This document shows positions 15,203 to 24,109 of a DNA stretch of 32,000 bases, piece after piece (position 1 is the stretch's first letter; each line of letters opens with the position of its first letter). Origin of the DNA: Faecalibaculum rodentium (GTDB taxonomy: Bacteria > Bacillota_I > Bacilli_A > Erysipelotrichales > Erysipelotrichaceae); NCBI RefSeq assembly GCF_001564455.1, contig NZ_CP011391.1, positions 1,650,001 to 1,682,000 of the forward strand, written 5' to 3'. Position numbers and translations under genes: made by a program. Under the pieces are notes generated by a model. The model had not been told where the DNA came from. It did not search any database and saw only the letters and a program-made list of their open reading frames with translations.

Positions 15203-17425
15203 TCAGTCCACGGCGTTCAGGACAAACAGCCGTGCAAGGTAATCCCCTTCGTTGCGGCCATCCCGGTTTTCGGACGCAGAGGCATCCGTCAGCACCAGAC
15301 CGGCCCGCTGCAGCTCTATGCCGTATTCCTGCTCTTCTTTTCCGGAAATGGCATACAGCCTGTCGGGAGTCAGCCCCTGCAGTTTCAGCCGGCGGAAGGG
15401 TGCATTGATCTCCTGCAGCACACGGTAATAGCCCACGATTGCCTGGGTTTTGTCTTCTGAAACCACCATCCAGGCAGTTTCCGTTCCCGCAAAGGGAGAC
15501 TGCAGACGGTAGAAGGTCCCGAACTGGATCAGGCGCCGGTATTTCTTCATGAACCGCACCTGGTCCCGGATCTCGTCTTTTTCCTCTTCTGTCAGCGCCA
15601 GCGGGTCCAGTTCATAGCCAAAGGTGCCGAAGATCGCGACCGCAAACCGCATATGCAGGGACGTCAGCCGGTGCAGCTGGTGGTTAGGAATGGCAGACAC
15701 ATGGGAGCCCATGGACGAGATCGGATAGAGCATGCTCGTGCCATACTGGATCTTCAGACGTTCCACCGCATCGGTGTCGTCGCTGGTCCAGGTCTGGGGA
15801 GCGTAATACAGCATACCGGGATCGAACCGCGCCCCGCCGGCAGCGCAGGATTCAAAGAGGATCTCCGGATGGGCTTTGGTGAGGCGGTCATACAGGGCGT
15901 AGACCCCGAGAATGAACCGGTGATAGATCGTCCCCTGCTGATCCGCAGGATAATGCAGGGAGTAGACCTCCGAGAGCGACCGGTTCATGTCCCACTTGAT
16001 GTAGGAAATGCTGGCTTCGTCCAGGATCTTCTCCATGGTATCGCCAATATACGTCACGACCTCTGGATTGGCGAAGTCCAGCACGAACTGTTTCCGGCCG
16101 GTGGAAATCCGGCGTCCCGGTGTGTGCATGAGCCAGTCCGGGTGGCTGCGGTAGAGATCCGAATCCATGGAAATCATCTCCGGCTCGAACCAGAGCCCGA
16201 ACTGGATGCCCATATCCTCCACCTTTCGGCTGAGGCTGCCCAGGCCGGACGGCAGTTTCCGGCTGTCCGTGACCCAGTCCCCCAGGGATGTGGAATCAGT
16301 GTCGCGGCCCTTGAACCACCCGTCGTCCAGCACGAACATCTCCAGGCCCAGGTCTGCGGTGGCCTGTGCCATCTCCAGGACCCTGGCTTCATCCACATCC
16401 ATGTAGATGCCTTCCCAGGAATTCAGGAGCAGCGGCCGGGGTTCATCCCGGAAGCGTCCCCGGGCCAGGCGTTCGCGGAACAAGCCGTGGAAGGCCTGGG
16501 ACATGGCATTCAGTCCCTTCTGTGCATAGACCAGCACTGCCTCCGGTGTCTGGAAGGACTCACCCGGTTGCAGGGGCCAGGAGAAGGTATAGGGGTGGAT
16601 CCCCATGGACACCCGGGTGGTGTGATAGGTGTTCACATCTGTCTCCGCCAGGAAGTTGCCGGAATACACCAGGGACAGGCCGAAGCACTCGCCGGCCTGT
16701 TCCGTGGTTTCCCGGCGCTTCAGGCACAGGAACGGATTGTAGTTGTGGGAAGAATGGCCCCGGAGGGAGTAAATGGACTGCACTCCGGTGTGCAGGGGAT
16801 GCACTTCAATGTTCCGCTCCCGGGCCCAGGCACCTGCCAGCACCATCTGTTCCCAGTCGTCGTCCGGCAGGTCCAGGGACAGGGACATCATCCGGTCCAG
16901 GATATAGCCCTCGCTGCCCAGGTTTTCGATCCGGGCATTGCGGCAGATCACCGGCCGGTTTTCATAGATGGTATAGGACAGCACCAGCCGCGACCGGATC
17001 TTTTCATCCCACAGCCTTAGATCCAGCGTGCAGGCTTCGTCCGCTGACTCCACATAGCAGGCGGGCAGAGGCTCCAGCGAGGGTTTGCCATCCCGGATCT
17101 CATGGGATTCGTAGACGAATTCCGCAATGCGGCTGCCGTCTTTCTGGCGGATGTCCGCAGCGCCGTTTCGCATGTCGCCGGACAGGGACATGGGGTACTC
17201 CAGCCGCAGGTGTTCCAGACTCATGTCTGTGCGGTCCAGGGAATAGTTGACCGACATCGGCCTGGCGGCGAACTCCAGCAGATAGTCCCAGTTGTCCCTG
17301 TCCGGCAGCGCGGCACCGAAATACAGCTGGACGGGAATGCCTTCCGGCAGGATCTTGATGATATAGCTCAGTTCCCTGTTGTACAGGTGAAATGTCATGG
17401 ATGTCTGTTTGAAAGAAATGGGCAT
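15203..17425 (-). CDS. aga: alpha-galactosidase, glycoside hydrolase family 36
   Basis: GGAGGT SD lies 7 nt before ATG 17425 (the track start 17452 lacks one). GH36 blocks: LLNSWEGIYMDVDE, FVLDDGWFKGRDTDSTSLGDW, IKWDMNR, ESCAAGGARFD. Confidence 0.92.
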   Translation of the reverse strand: MPISFKQTSMTFHLYNRELSYIIKILPEGIPVQLYFGAALPDRDNWDYLLEFAARPMSVNYSLDRTDMSLEHLRLEYPMSLSGDMRNGAADIRQKDGSRIAEFVYESHEIRDGKPSLEPLPACYVESADEACTLDLRLWDEKIRSRLVLSYTIYENRPVICRNARIENLGSEGYILDRMMSLSLDLPDDDWEQMVLAGAWARERNIEVHPLHTGVQSIYSLRGHSSHNYNPFLCLKRRETTEQAGECFGLSLVYSGNFLAETDVNTYHTTRVSMGIHPYTFSWPLQPGESFQTPEAVLVYAQKGLNAMSQAFHGLFRERLARGRFRDEPRPLLLNSWEGIYMDVDEARVLEMAQATADLGLEMFVLDDGWFKGRDTDSTSLGDWVTDSRKLPSGLGSLSRKVEDMGIQFGLWFEPEMISMDSDLYRSHPDWLMHTPGRRISTGRKQFVLDFANPEVVTYIGDTMEKILDEASISYIKWDMNRSLSEVYSLHYPADQQGTIYHRFILGVYALYDRLTKAHPEILFESCAAGGARFDPGMLYYAPQTWTSDDTDAVERLKIQYGTSMLYPISSMGSHVSAIPNHQLHRLTSLHMRFAVAIFGTFGYELDPLALTEEEKDEIRDQVRFMKKYRRLIQFGTFYRLQSPFAGTETAWMVVSEDKTQAIVGYYRVLQEINAPFRRLKLQGLTPDRLYAISGKEEQEYGIELQRAGLVLTDASASENRDGRNEGDYLARLFVLNAVD

Positions 17426-17900
17426 CCTCGTACCTCCTGTGTCAGCGGCCATCCGCCGCCTCTTACTGCATTTATTGTAGAGAGCCGGTTCCCGTATGCA
17501 ACATCTGTCCTTCCTCTCTCCTCAATCCTCCATACAGAATCCACAAAAAGACATATCGGCCTGCCCCTGTTGTCCCCATGCCCCGCAAATCCCGCGCTGG
17601 AAGGGTCTGTCCGGATACATGGATACCCTGACTGTCCTGGCTGCCGGTGCCGGGCGAAACGGACACCTGGCGAAACCGGGTTACTTGCATCCTCTGTATA
17701 TGGCCTGTCGTGGTCTGTCCCATCGGCTGTCTTCCCTGATCTGATCCCGATGAACGGTCAGGATGCCGGCAGTTTCGGTTTCACTGACCTGCAGCAGTCC
17801 GCCTTCTGCCCGTTTGCGCCATCTTCCCACCATCGGCGCTCCTCCTGCAAGCGGTTTCTTTTGACACAACATTTGTCCCTATTCAGGCGACATCCGTCAA

Positions 17901-17929
17901 TTCAGGGATTTTCCGGAACCCGATATACT
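17901..17929 (+). promoter_or_regulatory. candidate promoter of the sucrose PTS operon (TTCAGG - 17 nt - TATACT)
   Basis: The -35-like TTCAGG lies at 17901-17906 and the -10 TATACT at 17924-17929, with exact 17-nt spacing, about 65 nt upstream of ATG 17996. Confidence 0.35.
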
Positions 17930-17942
17930 GAAACCGTGATCA
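17929..17942 (+). promoter_or_regulatory. candidate catabolite-responsive element (cre)
   Basis: TGAAACCGTGATCA has one mismatch to the cre consensus TGWNANCGNTNWCA. It abuts the proposed -10 box. Confidence 0.4.
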
Positions 17943-17995
17943 GCCACAGGACGCCAGCTGCAGATGGGACCACATGCTGAAACAGGAGAAAGTAC

Positions 17996-19902
17996 ATGAA
18001 CAAAGAAGAAAGGTATCAGAAGATCTCGGAAGAAATCGTGAAAGCTGTGGGCGGCATGGACAACATCGCCGATCCGCTCACTGTGCAACCTGTCTGCGCA
18101 TTGTCCTGAAGGACAACGACAAAGCTGACATGGAACAGCTTGACAACATCGACCTGTGCAAGGGCACCTTCGTCGCAGGCGACCAGCTCCAGATGATTTT
18201 CGGGGCAGGCCTGGTCAACGCTGTCTATGATGTGTTCTCGAAATACACCCATACCGAAAACATGTCCCTGACAGACATCAAGGAAGCGGGAGCCAAAAAG
18301 CACAATCCGCTGCAGATCGCCATCAAGTCCCTGTCGGATGTCTTCATTGAAATCATGCCCGGCATTCTGGCGGCAGCCCTGCTGCTTGCCCTGACGGGTG
18401 TGCTCAACAATCTGGAATTCGTCCAGAACAACGCCACGCTCTATGCCATCAACCGTCTTGTGACCATCGCTTCCGCCGGCATCTTCGATGTCCTTGCCCT
18501 GGCGGTCTGCTACTCCGCCACCAGGCGCTGCGGCGGCAAGCCCATTCCGGGCATCGTCATGGGCGCCATCATGCTGTCGGCGAACCTCACCAACGCCTAC
18601 GATGCAGCCCAGGGACTGGCCACGCCGGAGACCCTGAGCCTGTTCGGGGTCTCCATTGAACTCGTGGGCTTCCAGGGCGGTATCATCATTGCCCTGATGA
18701 TGGGCCACGTCACCGCGAAACTCGACCAGTTCTTCGACAAGAAGATCCCCGATGCAGTGAAACTGCTGGTGTCTCCCCTGCTGACCGTGCTGCTCTCCAC
18801 CCTGCTTCTCTTCACCATTGTCGGACCTGTGCGCAGAACGCTCTCCAGCTGGATCACCACCGGCCTGATCTGGACCACGGAAAACCTGGGCGTCCTGGGC
18901 TACATGCTCTTTGCGGGTGTCCAGCAGATCATTGTCATTACCGGCCTGCACCACATCTTCGGCGCCATTGAAGCCCAGCTGATTGCAGACACCGGCACCA
19001 ACTTCCTGAACCCGCTGATGTCTGTGGCCCTGATGGGCCAGGGCGGCGCGGTGCTTGGCTACCTGCTGCTGCACTGGAACAATGTCCGGGACCGGGAAAT
19101 CTGCATTCCCTCCTTCCTGTCCACGCTCTTCGGGATCTCTGAACCGGCCATCTTCGGTGTCAACCTGTGCCACAAATTCCCGCTGATTGCCGGCTGTCTG
19201 GCCTCGGCGGTCTCCGGCGCCTATGTCTACCTGACACATCTGACGGCCCTGGGATTTGGCACCACGGCCCTGCCTGGTCTGGCCATTGCCAATCCCGCCA
19301 ACAACGGCTATGTCAACTACATCGTTGCCCATCTCATCGCCCTGGGCCCGGGCATCCTGTTCACGGTGCTCATCGGCCGCTTCAGCAAGTCTGAAAAGGA
19401 GAAAAAGGCGCAGGAAAAGAAACTGAAGGAAATACCGGCTGTCAAAGCCGAACCCAATGTGGTGTACTCCCCTGTGAAGGGCAAGGCTGCCTTCATCACC
19501 GAGTGCTCGGATCCGGTGTTCAACCAGAAGAGAATGGGCGATGGCATGGTGTTCATGCCGGAGGAAGGGCTCATCGTCTCCCCGGTGAACGGTCCCGTCT
19601 TGATGGTCTTCCCGACGAAGCACGCCCTAGGCATCCGCACCGAGGAGGGCACGGAGCTGCTCATTCACATGGGTCGGAATACCGTGAGCCTGGAAGGCCG
19701 TCCCTTCGAGCTGTATGTGGGCGAAGGTGATACGGTCAAAGCCGGTCAGAAAATCGCCCGGATGGACCTGAAGGCCATCGAGGCGGAAGGCCTGTCCACA
19801 GAGACACCGGTGGTCATCACGTCCATGCAGCCGGTCACTGTCCAGAACACGGGGACCGTCAACTGGGGTGACTCGCTGATGACCATCACACAGAAGGACT
19901 GA
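17996..19902 (+). pseudogene. scrA: PTS sucrose-type EIIBCA component interrupted by a -1 frameshift near 18073 (longest intact ORF is 17974..19902)
   Basis: AGGAGAAAG SD precedes ATG 17996, giving MNKEERYQKISEEIVKAVGGMDNIAD (canonical EIIB N-terminus), which then runs into TGA at 18107. The EIIB active-site block SAHCATCLRIVLKDNDKAD continues in the next frame. GATCCGCT would restore the frame as GATTCCGCT. The EIIC membrane core and a C-terminal EIIA-Glc-type domain (PTKHALGI...LIHMGRNTVSLEG) follow. Confidence 0.8.
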
Positions 19903-19925
19903 CACAAGAGAAAACAGATCGAACT

Positions 19926-21412
19926 ATGAAAAAAGCAATACAAAATGCCCTGCATGACCGCCTTCCGGCGGTCCTTGCCGGTCAGTACCGGCAAACCTGG
20001 CACCTCATGGCCGACATTGGCTGGATCTCCGACCCAACGGGCTCTGTCAGCACAATGGCCTGTACCATATTTTCCATCAGTACACACCGGCACAGGACCT
20101 GGGGCTGCACAAGAGCTGGGGACATTATGTGACCAGGGACTGGAAACACTTCGCGGACCCGGGCACGCTCATGTGCCCGGACAGCGAAATCGACAAAGAC
20201 GGCTGCTACTCCGGCGGCGGTTTCAGCCACAATGGGATCCTGCACCTGTTTTATACAGGGAACATCCTGCATGACGGTGACTTCGACTACATCAACGAGG
20301 GCCGCGGGCACTATACCAACACTCTGCACTCCGCAGACGGGATCCATTTCTCGGAGAAAAAGGTCCTGCTGCGAAATGAGGACTATCCCGACGCCCTTTC
20401 CTGTCATGTGCGGGACCCTAAGGTTTCGGACATTGACGGGCGCCTGTACATGGTGATCGGTGCCCGGATCCGGGACTCCCGCGGCTGCGCCCTGGTCTAT
20501 GAATGCAGCCGGGACAATCTGGAAGATCTCACCTTCCGGCAGGTGATCCGCACTCCGGAAGGCTTCGGGTATATGTGGGAGTGCCCGGTGCTTTTCAAAC
20601 TGGACCAGCAGGTTTTCCTGCTGTGCTGTCCGCAGGGCGTGGCGCAGGATGGATACAAGTATGAAAACGTATACCAGAACGGTGTCTTCCGGCTCACGCC
20701 GGATGCGGAATACGGCAATCCCGAGACAGCCGAGGGATGGATCTACTCTCTGACGATGCCGCGGCAGCTCTCAGTGAAAAACGGCCGCATCTGCCAGTAT
20801 CCGATCCATGAGATTCTGGATCTGCGGACAGAATCACAGACCGTATCGCTGGAACCTGGCAGACCAGTGTATCCGGAAAGCCGCAGCTTCGTGCTGGAAA
20901 CCGCAGATATTCAAAACCGGCCGTTTGAGATGGTCATCCGCCAGGATGTATCTCTCAGGTATGCCCATGGTGTGGTCACGATGGAGTTTCTCCGGAATGG
21001 GGACGGCCGTACCAGCCGGCACATCGATCTGCAGGGGCGTCCGCTGGAGAGTCTGGATGTCTTCAGCGATTCCAGTTCCCTGGAGATCTTCCTGAATGAA
21101 GGCGAAGAAGCCTTCACCACCCGGATCTACAGCACCGGACAGCCTTCCCTGTCCTGCTCGATTCCTCTGACAGGGACTCTGAGTGTCATGGATGCCATCC
21201 GGATCGACTGGAAGCCGGCACTGGGAACAGAATCCTGCGAAGCAGCCATCCAGGCGCTGCAGGGTCCGCAGACTGCCTCCGTGCTGAAATCCGGAACAGC
21301 CCCTGAGTCTGTGAACCGAAGACCCGCAGCATCCCGGAAGCAGGTTCCTCCTGCTTCTGTGCAGCAGGCTTCTCCCGGTTCCGGGTCTGCCGCACACAAG
21401 CTCACAGTCTGA
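19926..21412 (+). pseudogene. scrB: sucrose-6-phosphate hydrolase (GH32) with a -1 frameshift, an internal deletion and a C-terminal extension (longest intact ORF is 20129..21412)
   Basis: ATG 19926 gives ..YRQTWHLMADIGWISDP, then the frame breaks at GACCCAACGGG (20031-20041; GACCCAAACGGG would read DPNG). The next frame reads NGLCQHNGLYHIFHQYTPAQDLGLHKSWGHYVTRDWKHF. RDPKV and MWECP are present. The DFYAxQ and GRRxxxxWM blocks expected between YQNG and the TMPRQL block are missing. Confidence 0.8.
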
Positions 21413-21423
21413 CTCTCGTACAG

Positions 21424-21476
21424 CAAAAAAAACAGTCAGGGACTGCCTTTTACGGGCTGATCTCTGACTGTTTTTC
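21424..21476. terminator. bidirectional terminator between scrB and the AraC-family gene
   Basis: AAAAAAAACAGTCAGGGA ... TCTCTGACTGTTTTT is an 11-bp stem with one mismatch, flanked by an A-run and a T-run. Confidence 0.65.
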
Positions 21477-21506
21477 TGCTCTCTGTTTTCGTGTCCCGTC
21501 CCGGGA

Positions 21507-22433
21507 TCACGCTTTGTCAGCAGCTTCCTGATCCGATGCCTGCTTCTTTTCCGCTTTGTCAGGCACGGTCTTGCGGGCAGGCGTCACATCCGGCAGAACG
21601 GCATTGTCCGCCAGCTCCTGCTGTTTCTGCTTCCGGTATTCCGAAGGCGAACGGCCCTTCTTTTTGCGGAACAACCGGGAAAAATACAGAACGTCATCGT
21701 ATCCCACGGAGCGGGCGATGTCGCTCACCGGCAAGTCTGTATGGATGAGATAGGAACTGGCATCCGCCATGCGCAGCGAGAGGATGTATTCCTTCACGGA
21801 CATATTCATGCGCTTCTTGAAGATCCGATGCACATAGCTGCGGTCCAGCGCCAGGTGGTCTGCGATTTCCTGCACGGTGATGGACCGCTCGTAATTCTGT
21901 TCCACATAGGTCAGGATCATCTCTGTGTACTCATCGGGTGTCAGGGCTGCCGGTTTCTGCTGCCGTGGCAGCAGGGAGGCCAGCTGGTAGACAAACTCCC
22001 AGGCACAGGCGTTGAACAGCAGATCCGCATTGTCCTGATGCAAAGCCGACTGCAGCCGTTCGAAAATGCCGGTGATGGGCGAATCCGCCTCAAGAGAGCA
22101 CACCAGTGTCTCATACAGACCGCTGCGCTTCACGTATTCCTCCGCCTTGATCCCCTGCAGCCCGATCCAGGAGTATTCCCAGGGGTCGTTTTCATCCGCC
22201 TGATAGAAGATCCTCTGGCCAGGGATCATGAGAAACATGTCCCCGGCTTCCAGGTGAAACGTCCGGTCATGGACCTGATAGATCCCCTTCCCTCTGTGGA
22301 TGTAGTGAAACATGAAAGAAGAACGCACAGCGGGTCCATAGGCATGAAGCGGCTCACATTTTTCGTGGCCCGAGGTGTACACCATGAGTTCGATGGATTT
22401 GTAAAAATCATTGGAAAAGATGAATTCCTGCAT
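21507..22433 (-). CDS. AraC family transcriptional regulator (MsmR/RafR-like sugar regulator)
   Basis: AAAGGAGA SD precedes ATG 22433; the 60 codons upstream in the track ORF are non-protein-like. The N-terminal cupin-type sugar-binding half reads HEKCEPLHAYGP..FMFHYIHRGKGIY. The C-terminal HTH_18 half reads ITVQEIADHLALDRSYVHRIFKK...VSDIARSVGYDDVLYFSRLFRKKKGRSPSEYR. Confidence 0.85.
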   Translation of the reverse strand: MQEFIFSNDFYKSIELMVYTSGHEKCEPLHAYGPAVRSSFMFHYIHRGKGIYQVHDRTFHLEAGDMFLMIPGQRIFYQADENDPWEYSWIGLQGIKAEEYVKRSGLYETLVCSLEADSPITGIFERLQSALHQDNADLLFNACAWEFVYQLASLLPRQQKPAALTPDEYTEMILTYVEQNYERSITVQEIADHLALDRSYVHRIFKKRMNMSVKEYILSLRMADASSYLIHTDLPVSDIARSVGYDDVLYFSRLFRKKKGRSPSEYRKQKQQELADNAVLPDVTPARKTVPDKAEKKQASDQEAADKA

Positions 22434-22618
22434 GCCGGTCTCCTTTGCGGGGCCTGCGGGCAGTCCAGTCCTGGAATGCCCGGGGCGGATTCGCGGGTGA
22501 AACACAGGCCGGGCTGCCTGCAGGTTCATCTTACCTGAAATATCCTGGCCTGCAGGAAAAACCGGAGAAAGGAAAGCGTCGAGGTGACAGGCAACCGGAT
22601 CCGGACCGGGCATGAAGC

Positions 22619-22659
22619 CGAAAAACCGGCTGGCATCCTTTGACGGACCGCCGGCCGGT
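22619..22659 (-). terminator. possible terminator after the choloylglycine hydrolase gene
   Basis: Minus-strand RNA reads AACCGGC ...23 nt... GCCGGUU followed by UUUUCGG. The large loop has its own small helix. Weak call. Confidence 0.35.
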
Positions 22660-22681
22660 TCCCGGTCATTGTCTTGCTGAA

Positions 22682-23662
22682 TCAGCCGATCCAGTGAATG
22701 TTCTGGTCGTGGCTGACCGGATAGACCAGCAGCGTATTGCTATCCAGGTCCTGTGCCCGGGTATGCAGCGCATTGATCTGCTGGTTGTCATAGGTCGTCC
22801 AGTAGAAATCCATCGTTTCCAGATCTGCCCCGGCTGTGTAGTTCGTGATTTCATCAAAGCCGTCCTTTTCCCGGTTGGCGCCCTTGATCTGCTCCACCGT
22901 CTGCATGATCCGGAAGAACTGATTGACTGTGGCCTCTTCCGTATCCGCAGCTTTGGAGCTGTTGAGCATGAACGCAGCCCGTACGAAGCGGGACATGGAA
23001 TCCAGGCCGCCGGGCAGTCCGTCGCTTCCCATCCCGGAACTGTACACCGGGACAGTCACATCCGGCATTATGCGGTTGTGAGGATATTCGGGTGTCAGAT
23101 TGAGGTAATTGGCGACATTCACCGCCTGCGTGGGATATTCCGGTGCGTTGGCGAGCACGTTCAGATCATTGTCATAGACATGCAGGCCAGCGGCTGTCAT
23201 TTCCACCACGATACTGCCGGTTTGGTCGCAGCAGATCCAGTGCAGGGGCACGGACTGGATCCTGTCATTGAAGGCATCTGCCACAATGTTCAGATTTTCC
23301 AGCTCCCGCTTTGCATCCTCCAGGCTCCTGCAGGTCGAGAGCAGGTATGGAATCAGCTCGAAGGATGTGACATTGGTCTTGCCTTCCACCGGCTGCTTTG
23401 CATACTGGCCATAACCTGGAAAGTTCAGGCTGGCCACCCCGACGCCATACTCGTTGATGCCTTCAAAAAACAGCGGATAGCCATAACCTGTGATCGCCAT
23501 GCCGACGATGGCCGGATGGTGGGGCATATCCGGAAGATGATGATAGGGCAGAACATAGTTTCTCGGGCAGACTGTCACATCGTTGGCCAGCTGATACTGC
23601 AGATCCAGATTGCGGCCAAAGAAGCTGTGGTTCCCGTTTCGAAATAAAACACTTGTACACAT
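22682..23662 (-). CDS. choloylglycine hydrolase family protein (bile salt hydrolase / penicillin V acylase, Ntn hydrolase)
   Basis: AGGAGG SD. MCTSVLFRNGNHSFFGRNLDL carries the nucleophile Cys2 with Arg18 and Asp21 in the canonical positions. At 326 aa the length is typical. Confidence 0.9.
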   Translation of the reverse strand: MCTSVLFRNGNHSFFGRNLDLQYQLANDVTVCPRNYVLPYHHLPDMPHHPAIVGMAITGYGYPLFFEGINEYGVGVASLNFPGYGQYAKQPVEGKTNVTSFELIPYLLSTCRSLEDAKRELENLNIVADAFNDRIQSVPLHWICCDQTGSIVVEMTAAGLHVYDNDLNVLANAPEYPTQAVNVANYLNLTPEYPHNRIMPDVTVPVYSSGMGSDGLPGGLDSMSRFVRAAFMLNSSKAADTEEATVNQFFRIMQTVEQIKGANREKDGFDEITNYTAGADLETMDFYWTTYDNQQINALHTRAQDLDSNTLLVYPVSHDQNIHWIG

Positions 23663-23799
23663 GACTGGAAACCTCCTACTGCGAAAAGTATAGACCTGCA
23701 GAAGGCACCGGAATGCAGGGATGCCTGAGAAAGCGGGAGCAGGAAGGATCTGTGGTGACTTGCCTGGTAACTTGTCCGTAACGTGTCTGTCGAAAACAG

Positions 23800-23828
23800 T
23801 TGCGTCACTTTCCTTGTTCTGTTAAGAT
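23800..23828 (+). promoter_or_regulatory. candidate promoter for tRNA-Leu (TTGCGT - 17 nt - TAAGAT)
   Basis: TTGCGT lies at 23800-23805 and TAAGAT at 23823-23828, about 35 nt upstream of the tRNA 5' end. Confidence 0.3.
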
Positions 23829-23862
23829 AAACAGGCAGTCATCGGCTGCAGCAAAATAATCT

Positions 23863-23947
23863 GGGGTCGTGGTGGAATTGGCAGACACGCTATCTTCAGG
23901 CGGTAGTGAGGCAACTCGTGTGCGTTCGAGTCGCATCGACCCCACCA
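23863..23947 (+). tRNA. tRNA-Leu (anticodon CAG), class II with long variable arm, CCA encoded
   Basis: Hand-folded. The acceptor stem pairs GGGGTCG with CGACCCC. The D arm is GTG..CAC with a GG-containing loop. The anticodon stem pairs CTATC with GGTAG, with loop TTCAGGC (CAG). The variable arm is TGAGGCAACTCGTGT. The T arm is GTGCG-TTCGAGT-CGCAT. The discriminator is A, followed by CCA. Confidence 0.9.
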
Positions 23948-23957
23948 TCTTGAAAGC

Positions 23958-23989
23958 AAACCCGGCGGGAAATCCCTGCCGGGTTTTTA
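23958..23989 (+). terminator. intrinsic terminator after tRNA-Leu
   Basis: ACCCGGCGGG-AAAT-CCC(T)GCCGGGT followed by TTTTT. Confidence 0.7.
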
Positions 23990-24109
23990 TCGCATTGCCG
24001 GACTTGAGTCCATTCCCAATTCCCTGCTCCGCTTTTTCATCAGGCATCTGTGTCACGGTCCATGCCGGCATTTGAGACAATATTGTGGAATGGAAAGGTC
24101 CTGATATGC

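Noticed and set aside
15653-17020. 455-aa plus-strand ORF (and 16366..17250, 17102..17980)
   Set aside because: These are antisense to the GH36 alpha-galactosidase gene, with Pro/Gly/His/Arg-rich composition.
17974-17995. ATG 17974 as the true start of an intact 642-aa PTS protein
   Set aside because: It has no SD and would encode 34 residues of out-of-frame sequence. ATG 17996 has AGGAGAAAG upstream and encodes a canonical EIIB N-terminus, so a frameshift is the better explanation.
17453-17995. RAT / terminator antitermination switch (BglG/SacY type) in the PTS leader
   Set aside because: I found no sequence resembling the RAT consensus as I recall it and no antiterminator gene nearby. The regulator here is AraC-type.
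18016-19623. 535-aa minus-strand ORF
   Set aside because: It is antisense to the PTS EIIC region, with Gly/Asp/Arg/Gln-rich composition and no SD.
23863-23989. tRNA-Leu as the integration site of a genomic island
   Set aside because: There is no integrase, no direct repeat of the tRNA 3' end elsewhere in the window, and the flanking genes are ordinary metabolic genes.
23990-24109. Purine riboswitch upstream of adenine deaminase
   Set aside because: The leader is only about 120 nt and lacks the conserved junction sequences of guanine/adenine riboswitches as I recall them.
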